Source: Oopsacas minuta (lineage: Eukaryota > Animalia > Porifera). Taken from it: 29,162 nucleotides of DNA. The stretch spans positions 1-29,162 of the forward strand of contig JAKMXF010000037.1 of the NCBI GenBank assembly GCA_024704765.1, in the 5' to 3' direction. The notes under the pieces are model-generated. The model searched no databases. It saw only the letters and a program-made list of their open reading frames with translations, and was not told the DNA's origin. This document shows positions 20,696 to 29,162 of this stretch, in pieces (position 1 is the first letter of the stretch; each line of letters opens with the position of its first letter). A program made the translations under genes and the position numbers.

Positions 20696-21161
20696 CTAAG
20701 GGGTTGAATTTACAAATTTATCATTCAATTCCAAAACAGTTTTCATTGTATCTAGCAATTCATCAGCTGTAGCAAAATAGAACTTGTACTCTGGGTCAGG
20801 ACCGTTCAAACCTTGAAGGAGAGCTTCCATAGTGCTTAAAAAATACACCCTATGGTAGTAAACACAATTTTTTCTGTACCTCCATATAACAGGGTCATGT
20901 CCCCTCTCTATTTTAACCATAGTGAATTCCTGACTGAGCCCTATGAGCTCTGGAGAGGCGATTAGCTCCTGTCTGAATCGACTGCTCGCAAAACACTTCC
21001 CCGTAAAATAATATCATAACAGGTTTCGGTAATGGACTGGGAATCTCAAATGAAGGAGAGTAAGGCTCCCAATTCAAAATTGAGTTAAATGCATCCTCTT
21101 AAGATGACGTGTGAATATATGATACCTCAATTATTATTAGTAGAATTAAGCAGGGAAGCAT
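20696..21161 (-). pseudogene. AGR/TXNDC12-like thioredoxin-fold protein with a signal peptide and CXXS motif; disrupted
   Basis: MLPCLILLIIIEVSYIHTSS*EDAFNSILNWEPYSPSFEIPSPLPKPVMILFYGEVFCEQSI / RQELIASPELIGLSQEFTMVKIERGHDP...YYHRVYFL...PEYKFYFATADELLDTMKTVLEL. Spacing matches TXNDC12/AGR (F..I.W; KP.M; C-x-x-C/S; F.MV; Y.PR..F; Y.Y...E....MK). TAA at 21099-21101 and a frameshift at about 20975. Confidence 0.78.
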
Positions 21162-21474
21162 TTGAGCTGTTGGAATGTCTAATTGTTGTAAATATGAATA
21201 GTTATTATGTGATGTATTTATAACACCTTAGCGAAGATTAACAACTAGTGACAGGTGTGAATTATGCCAAATCTTAATGGGTTGTTCAGACGTTAGACCA
21301 CCTATCCCATTGACAGTCCAACAATGACAAGATTGGGCCCACAAAAAAACAGTCCTGAATTAATTAGATAGGAAAATTGTTGGTTGACACCTTCATTAAG
21401 ATTCTTATAAATAAAATGTGATAAAGTGAGAGAAATATTTAATAAATAGTAAACAAACAAGTAAATACAGGAAA

Positions 21475-22641
21475 TTAATATATATTTATCACATTATCAC
21501 CATTACTAACACAAATAATATCAAAGTTATTATTAACAATTATTCCTGTAGACCTAATACATTTAATTTTGTGTATCAGCTGTCCATTTTTAGTAAATAT
21601 ATTAATTGAATTTCCCCAATTATCGCTAATTATAATATTATTATACAAGTCAAAACACAGAAAAATTAAACCTCTTCCATTTTCTAATTTTATGAAACTT
21701 TTCAATAAATCACCTGATTTAGAGAATATGTGTATATTATTAATCTTATTATTGTCTGCTACAAATATATTATTATTATTTATTTTTACGTCACACGGAG
21801 CCATAAGTTTGTCTCTTCCTATTTCTCTCATATAATCTAAATCAGAGCTGAATACTGCAATTCTATTATTATTACAATCTGCAACTAACAATTCTCCATT
21901 TGTGTCAGTTGTTAGACCAAAAGGGAGATTAAGAACTCTCTTAACACTCTTAATTAATTTGTAATTTGTTTTAGAGAATTTAAAAATAGTAATAAGTCCC
22001 CAATCACTTACAAACCCCCCTTCCTTATATAATGCTATACAATATGGATACCTTAGCTGCTCTTTACCAAATTCATGAATGAACTTACCTTCTGTAGAGA
22101 AGATCTGTATTCTACTATTGTCTGTGTCTGCTATATAGATCTTATCTCCATCTAGAGCTAGTCCACGAGGTTCCTTCAGCTCTCCTTTCTCCCTTCCAAG
22201 TTTTCCTATCCTTCTGATTGGCTGTGTCTTGTTTTTGTAGGGTTCAGCTATCTTCTGAATAGAACCCAACTTCTCCAGCTGTTCTAGGAGAGAGTCTAGA
22301 CCCTTAATATAGAAGGAAGGGATTGGAATAGGTGTTTCTATTTCGTATTTCTTTTGTTCCTTTTTCCAATTCTTTATTTGATCTTCTTGGAGCTTTACTA
22401 TGTCATTCTGTTGAATGCTAGTTTCCATTAATTGCCTGATCATCTTCTCCAGGTCTGCTAATTGTTTCTGTCGTGTATTCTCCTTTCTTAGATAGTCCTG
22501 CTTGATATCGGACAGCTGGGCCAGCAGCTGATCTCTCCTTTCTGTCGCAATCCTAATAATCTTCTCGAAGGTGGAATGGATCATCTGTTCCTCTAGTTCG
22601 AAATGGTTGGTAGGGATTTCATCTGGGTATTTGGTGGCCAT
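21475..22641 (-). CDS. Coiled-coil plus NHL-repeat protein (TRIM-NHL-like C-terminal architecture, no RING/B-box), 388 aa, intronless
   Basis: N-terminal roughly 100 aa of helical heptads, then NHL blades (EPRGLALDGDKIYIADTDNSRIQIF, LPFGLTTDTNGELLVADCNNNRIAVF). AAACAAATG start context. Confidence 0.92.
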   Translation of the reverse strand: MATKYPDEIPTNHFELEEQMIHSTFEKIIRIATERRDQLLAQLSDIKQDYLRKENTRQKQLADLEKMIRQLMETSIQQNDIVKLQEDQIKNWKKEQKKYEIETPIPIPSFYIKGLDSLLEQLEKLGSIQKIAEPYKNKTQPIRRIGKLGREKGELKEPRGLALDGDKIYIADTDNSRIQIFSTEGKFIHEFGKEQLRYPYCIALYKEGGFVSDWGLITIFKFSKTNYKLIKSVKRVLNLPFGLTTDTNGELLVADCNNNRIAVFSSDLDYMREIGRDKLMAPCDVKINNNNIFVADNNKINNIHIFSKSGDLLKSFIKLENGRGLIFLCFDLYNNIIISDNWGNSINIFTKNGQLIHKIKCIRSTGIIVNNNFDIICVSNGDNVINIY

Positions 22642-23423
22642 TTGTTTGTTGTTCTGTTTATGATTATTCTCATTTACAGACTGTATTTATACAAGTTTAT
22701 ACATTCATTATTCAGGTGTTAAGTGGCGAAATAGAAAGTCACAACTAATCACTTTCCCTTGAACTCTACCACGAGACTATTGTCTTACAGAATTACGGAT
22801 GTGTTAGGTCAGATGGCTTTCAATATGTAAATTAGTTCCAGTTATAACTAGCCACATTCCGTATAAAGAATTAGTTGCTATGCTGCATTAGCTATCAGTT
22901 TCTATTTGTGTAGTAATCTATAATTAGCTAATTCGGGACAATTGTAGAAGTTTGTTGGTAAACTAATTTTGAGGCTAAACAAAGTGTACAGTATATGTAA
23001 ACAAGTAAACAATTATGATAAGTAACATGACAACACATATTGACATTGGAATGCTGTATAATCAGTATGGACTAGGTTGAGGTAATCTCTTCTCTAATAA
23101 CTCTTCCTCTATATCGTAATACGAATGTTTGTTAAAAGTGAAATAGTCTGTAACTTTATAGAGAGGTGATAAATAATAACAAGTAAATAATTGTAAACAA
23201 ATATGTTTGTATATTTTCTAACCTTTTTGTTTGTTTGTAGTCTTATCCTTCTTTGTGTTGGTGTTTGGATAGTTTGTTGTTGAGCTCATAAACACAACTT
23301 GTTTCTGTAATAAATAAAAACAACAAACATAACAAGAGGGTGGAGGAATTGCACTCATAGACCATTCTCAGAGTTACTGAATATAATCGGACCAAGTATC
23401 TCTGGGGAACATGTTCCAAATAT

Positions 23424-23464
23424 GTCAACTCCTGTTATATAGAAATACCCGCTTATATCGAAGT
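23424..23464. mobile_element. Truncated end of the same pogo-like MITE family as 2867-2992
   Basis: GTCAACTCCTGTTATAT-AGAA matches the TIR at 2970-2992; no second end is seen. Confidence 0.5.
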
Positions 23465-23942
23465 GTGAAATTGTACACATTAATTATTATTATTGTTATT
23501 TACGTTTAATAGGTTCGAACAAAACCCAAAGGCGCCAAGTCAGGTTTATTCGCCAAATTCGAACAAATGTCAGTTGAGCAAGTTAATTAAGCGTGTTAAA
23601 GGAGGTCTGTTACTACTACTCACCTGTTAGTTAGTAAATATATTGTCATAGCATTCTATACACTAAGGGAATGGCGCGCTAATAATATTTGGACCAGGGA
23701 TTGGTTAGTTAATTAAAGAAGTGATTATGATAGAGATTGACTTTTGTGAATATTCGATAATAGAAAATAGGTTTATCACCCTTACCATTAGTTTAGAATA
23801 ATTTAGAAGTATATTGAGGCAGTTTAATGGATTTTACACTTTTATACAATGAAAGGATGATTAAAATACATACAAATAATAATAATATAACAAACAATAA
23901 CAATAATGTAGAATGTAGTATTGTAGTATCCATTGAGATATA

Positions 23943-24073
23943 CAATGGAACCTCCAGAAGCGGGAACTCTCTTAAAAGCGTGGCGTAAGATAGGCTTCAA
24001 CTACATCAATTCTCAAGCAAGTGAACCTCTGAAATCGGGGGCCCCAATCTCCCCACTCCTGGAGGTTCCACTG
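23943..24073. mobile_element. pogo/Tigger-like MITE, 131 bp
   Basis: TIR CA(A/G)TGGAACCTCCAG (14/15 match), with TA on both sides (23941-23942, 24074-24075). Confidence 0.85.
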
Positions 24074-24399
24074 TAGTATTTGTTGAAATAGAAAGATTCT
24101 GTCCTCGCCTAGCTCTGATAGCTACGTGTCTTAACTAGTTGTTGTTTCGCTCATCGTTTAGTCTTAGAATTGTGTGAATAAAACAAACAAACAAATGAAT
24201 CGAATAAGTAAATACACAAATAATTAAAGTACGTGTTTGTTGATGTAAATAATGTTCTAATTATAGAAATACGAAATATACAAATATCAATAAATGATTA
24301 TTCCAGACCTGAATATGATTGAGAAGTGTGAAGTAAACAACAAACAACAAACAACAAACAAGGAAGAACAAAGAAATACAAACATATAAAAAGTGAAAT

Positions 24400-25485
24400 G
24401 GGGGTCAAAGAAGGGTGGACAACTGTCCTTACAATGTCTATAAATCTTTGAATTTCCAGTGGGAAACGTTCTGCTGTCAGCTGTCTCATGAATTGCAGCG
24501 TTCTCTTTTGGATTTCTTCTGTGCTAGAATATTCATCTTGCCGTAGATGCTTTTAAAGCTCCTTGAAAACTCACCTATCGCACTGATTCAAGTCTGGACT
24601 GGATGGCGATTCTTTAATTCACATCATATCCCTCCTTTTAAGGTATTTCATTGTCGCTCTAACAGTATAGAGTCTAGCGTTGTCATGTTGCCCCCATAAT
24701 TCACAAAGTTTTATTGGATTTGAGTGAAGTTTACGCCATATTTCTTCAGTGGATTGAATAAAGTCAGTATATACCTCTGCATTTATTGTCCCTTTGGAGG
24801 GTGGGAGAGCAACGCTGAATTTCCTATCACCAGTAAATGCCAAAATGATTAATGCCTTACGATTGGTCAGTTGAGGTCGGACAACACAAGGACGCTTCTG
24901 ATCAGGGGACAGCCATGCTTTGTTCTCTGCCTTTGTTGGATGAGGATCAAAGAACACCCAACTCTCGTCCTCAGTTGCCCAACACCTTAGAAATTCGGCC
25001 ATTGAGTATTTATCAATCATCTCGACGATTTCTTGAGCACAGACCACCCTAGCAAGTCCATGTTAGCCTTAGAAAGCAAGTGTGGGACCCAGACAGAGCA
25101 GACCTTACTTAACCCCAGTACCTCAACTAGGATGCGTCTAACCGATTCTCTACTAATCTCAGTTGCATCAGCTAGTATTTGAACTGACTGTTTAGGTTCA
25201 GCTTCAATTAATTGACGAATTTATTAATATGGATGTCGTCTGTCGAGGAACGAGGGCAGCCCACTCTGGGATCGTCCTTTAACGAAAGTCTCTCCTCATT
25301 AAACCTTTGATACCATCTAAACACAGTCCCTCTTGACGAGGATTCATCGAGTTTTGCTTCCAGAAGTTGACCATGAATTGCACGAGAATATTCTCTATCA
25401 GGAAATATAGTGAATTACCGGAAAAGAAGTGATAAGAATTGTGTATAAACCGAATTACAATATATGGTGTAGTATTAACAGTCAT
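24400..25485 (-). pseudogene. Mariner-type transposase (DD34D), decayed
   Basis: TVFRWYQRF..SLKDDPRVGCP, KVCSVWVPHLL, WATEDESWVFF, QHDNAR, SPDLNQCD with 34 residues between the second and third D. In-frame TGA and frameshifts. TIRs not identified. Confidence 0.88.
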
Positions 25486-25771
25486 GGAGGGATAATTTCC
25501 TATAGTAAGATATCAACAATAGTGATACATGATGAAATAACAATAATAATAGTCTACATTGAATATTATAGAATAGAGGTGGATAGTGGTGATTACTATT
25601 TATCACTATAACTATTCCAATAACTACAGACAAACTGTGTTTGAATATTATGAATACAATACACATATGTACTAGAAATACAAGCACTATTCAGACTGGA
25701 ACTTTGGTAGTTTCCTCTTTAATTCACCACGGCATTATTCCAAGCTCCTTTGTGAGTCTAGATTGCGAACT

Positions 25772-27398
25772 TTATTCTTCGATAAACAATTGCTGGTGGC
25801 AGATAGTATTTCGCTGAGATAACAATGGAATGGTGTTTGACAAACACTCAAATCTCCAGAAATCAAAATTCTCAGATTCTATCCTCGAAATTGAGAGTTG
25901 AATAAGTTTTGTTTTACTGTTACCAGCAACAAATTGTCTCATCAGTCGATTGTCCAGGTCGATTCCATATAGGATTCTTAACAGAGTTATTACTGCATTG
26001 ACAACATCATCTGAAGGATATTTAAGCCCTCCTCGATCAGCTAAGTGTATTAGATTCAAGTCAGAATCTTCACTCTCCAGGGCAAAGGTTTCACTGCATG
26101 TGAGCAAAGATATATAACTGTAAGGTTCATTGTTACATAAGGAAGTCTTAACAAATTCCTTTACCGAAAGTCTCTGATTTGCTCTCTTGAGCTCTGTATA
26201 ACTTTAAGATTTGAGAGATTTTAACTCTACGTTCACTCTCAAGTATTTGTCAGACGGAAATGTTGTAATTACAGCCAGACATTAATCTGTAAACCCCAGT
26301 CTTTTCAAGAGAATCGTTTTGTAGCAATCCTGTCAAAACGTAAGAAAATCCACAATCAATGATTCTTAATATAACTTGACAAGTGTGAATTAAGCTGGCA
26401 AATGTCTGTGATCTAACTTTTTCCAGCTCTACCACTACAACTATAGCTCTTCCAATCCTGAAGCCAAGATACAAACTTTGAAAAGAAAACAAACTATCAT
26501 CTTCAAGCTGGAAAAACTTTGAATCAGGGTCGCGTAGTTGAATATCTTTCCCTGGACTATGAATATTACACATCTTCCAAAATCTGGTAATGAGAGAAGT
26601 AAATTGGAGTCGATTGAAGATTTTCAGCTCTGGGAATCTTCTTCATAAGTTCTAATTTTCTATGATAGATCTAACTGAATGAACAACAGTATTGATACCA
26701 ATCTCAACATTATCTTGTTCATGTGTGTCAAGCTTTTGAGTTTACCGATAAATTTGAGGAATATCAGAAAGGCGATTATTATGGATGGAACTTCAACTTC
26801 ATTTACAAACAACTCACATGTAAAGCAGCATCAATACAGATCTGATGAGATATAGTCAATAGCAATCCAGATAGTACTCTCTTGAAAATATGCAATGTAC
26901 TCTGACTTAAGGGAATATAAGTCCATATTTCAGTTCGGCTAATTGTCGTATACTTTAGCTGGATGTCATCAATATTAGAAACAGAAAAGCTATTGTTTTA
27001 TTTTATGTTCAGCACGACTCAACTCAAAAGAGCATGACGAAAATATCGGATATCAATTTCATTTCGGTCCAAACGATCAGGTAGATTGGAAGATCCTTGT
27101 TAATAAGAAGGGCTGTTAGGTAGATTGACGGGCTTGGCATTTTTCATAAGGACCAGGATTTCTTGAAACTTCTCTACTGTATCATAGGAATATCGAAGTG
27201 AAGTAACACGTCATCGTCATTGAAATATTTCGAACAAATGAAGACTTTTGCCATTTCCCATGCATTGTCTCTATGGAGAAATCTTCGCCATTCATCCTGC
27301 AATTCTTTTGACCAATGATTCGCCATTTCAAACACCTGAGTATAATTAGTGCCATCATAATTGGAGGAGCAGTTGGCCACACTACACCTATTAGGCAT
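25772..27398 (-). pseudogene. THAP-domain P-element/THAP9-type transposase remnant, probably internally deleted
   Basis: THAP domain MPNRCSVANCSSNY..VF..W.RF..R..ICSKYF (27174-27398). Possible degenerate catalytic VSLFVNEV. C-terminal GFSYVLTGLLQNDSLEK..GVYRLMSGCNYNISV and IHLADRGGLKYPSD motifs. Confidence 0.8.
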
Positions 27399-29162
27399 AT
27401 TGCTAAGGAGTAAAGAAATATCGGTAAATAATAATTGAACTACTGAAAATGGGTCAGAGGATGTATAGCGAGTTGGTAATTGATACAGACAACATAGGTT
27501 GTGTTTGTGGCCACAGTTGTGTGTATTTCAATATGAACAAGTGAATAATATTTATCACCTATAATATTTCTGTATCAAAGTTATATTAATAAAATAGACT
27601 TTGAAGTAATCCATGGTTATGAAAAATTGAGAGCGTGAATAGGCTATAGTTACGTAGGCTGTGTGTCATACTCCCAATACTCAATTATGTCAATATAGTC
27701 TTTGAAAGTAGGTTCTACCTAAATCTTCATATTTGTGTACTTGATGTACCGAAATATTCAGTATTACGTATATCATATTTGTACTCAGTCTACACGATTG
27801 CCTTAGTATAGCCATTGACAGTATGATTTTAACTCAAATATACTTTACCCTCATATTATGTACCTAAAAGGAATCGAATGTAATATTATATAGCCAACTG
27901 AATTCAATTATTTTGGCAACTGAACTGAGAATTCAATTATAGCTGGATTATAGCTGAGAAGGCGCAACTCCTGAGGACGGATATGTGAATGTAGTGAAGT
28001 ATCTAATGTGTCTGAGTATATGAATCCACACTCTACAAAGGGAAATGTTGAAATGATACGAATATATAGGGCGTATAATTTTAACCATTTGCCAAAATAA
28101 TTGAATTCATTTACCAAGTTAATGGTGCATTCAAAAACATACATCAAGTTAGTTCCAGTTCCATTTTAGCATAAATTGATTTAATTAATCAGTGAAATTA
28201 TTTCTAGTCGAATGTCTATTCACAAATAAGTGAAGATAGCCAATCAAATCCGAGTATTGATAGACACAAATATGCCAGTTTAGGCGCCCGATCAAAAAGT
28301 TCATTGAATTCTGAAGGAATTGCTAGTAATTGTTTGTCAAGTTTTCACACCTTTCAATTATGTCACTCTCAGGTGTGAGGACAGGATTTGGGTACAATTG
28401 CAGAATCTTACACCCCCCAACTTTTTTAATGTGGTCAAAAATCCCTATATGCACCGTTCAAGAACTCGTTGAGAGAAGTTGATAGAGCTAAAGAAATCCA
28501 AAATCGGATTAAAATTGACAAAGTTACGAAAATTTTACTCCCTAAGCCAAATCCTATGGGGAAAATTGTATTACTCACTATAGTCAAATTTTGTATTGAT
28601 TTATACATTACAATTACCATAGGAATGCTCATACTGTTGATATTGCGGTTATACACGCTTGTTACTCGACTCTTTCATGCTCATTTGTTTGCTATTCAGT
28701 GTATTTCACTGCAGGTAATTCTTGTTACTTTAAAGGAAAGCTGGTTATTACATAATTCTGTCTGCAACACTAAATATACAATGCAACATTTCATTTCATA
28801 TTTTATACTATGGCACCTCGATAATTCGACCTAGTTAATGGAATTCCCGATATGACACATATATTTGCATACATTCTGTTTCCTAAAATGGTAGTTTAAT
28901 TAGTATTACTCCGGCCAAGGCAAACCAATTTTGATCGTTCGTTTGTGTTCGTATCAATGTTAGAAACAATCCATGTACTATTTAATCGCATAGTTATGAT
29001 CCAGCTTCTCTCCAGGTGCGTTAGTAATGTTGGAACAAAGTTTTCATGGATTTCTACTTATGATAGTGGACAGAACATTTAATATATGACACCCCATAGC
29101 TGGATATAATACTATGGGTAGTAGTTATATTTGGAGTAACTAATTAGTATTAAGCTTTCTAT

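Noticed and set aside
27455-27470. CAGAGGATGTATAG as a P-element TIR
   Set aside because: It faces away from the THAP remnant, and no reverse-complement partner was found in the window.
27958-28010. Ankyrin-like fragment EGATP-EDGYVNVVKYL
   Set aside because: A single partial repeat missing the LH.A core and surrounded by stops; could be chance.
28435-28834. Overlapping ORFs 28469..28834 (+) and 28435..28656 (-)
   Set aside because: No recognisable domain, a TTG start on the plus-strand ORF, and low-complexity AT-rich codons.

Overview
AT-rich eukaryotic DNA from an invertebrate animal. GT-AG introns, metazoan transposon families and several intronless NHL-repeat genes suggest a sponge-like genome such as a hexactinellid; this is inference only. 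Four reading frames look intact: two host NHL beta-propeller genes (6036-6896 +, 21475-22641 -) and the transposase and Myb/SANT genes of a full-length PIF/Harbinger element (7220-10061). The rest is a graveyard of gene-family copies and DNA transposons. Disrupted host genes are a septin/AIG1-like GTPase, a spliced FN3-like repeat gene, a third NHL copy and an AGR/TXNDC12-like thioredoxin. Transposons include three hAT remnants, a MULE with a nested Tc1, a mariner, a THAP/P-type element and pogo MITEs. The strongest signal is an inverted pair of NHL paralogs. Their 5' non-coding DNA is identical, but their predicted propeller surface loops differ in multi-residue blocks, suggesting a diversifying recognition-protein repertoire. 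Family assignments come from motif recognition, not database searches.
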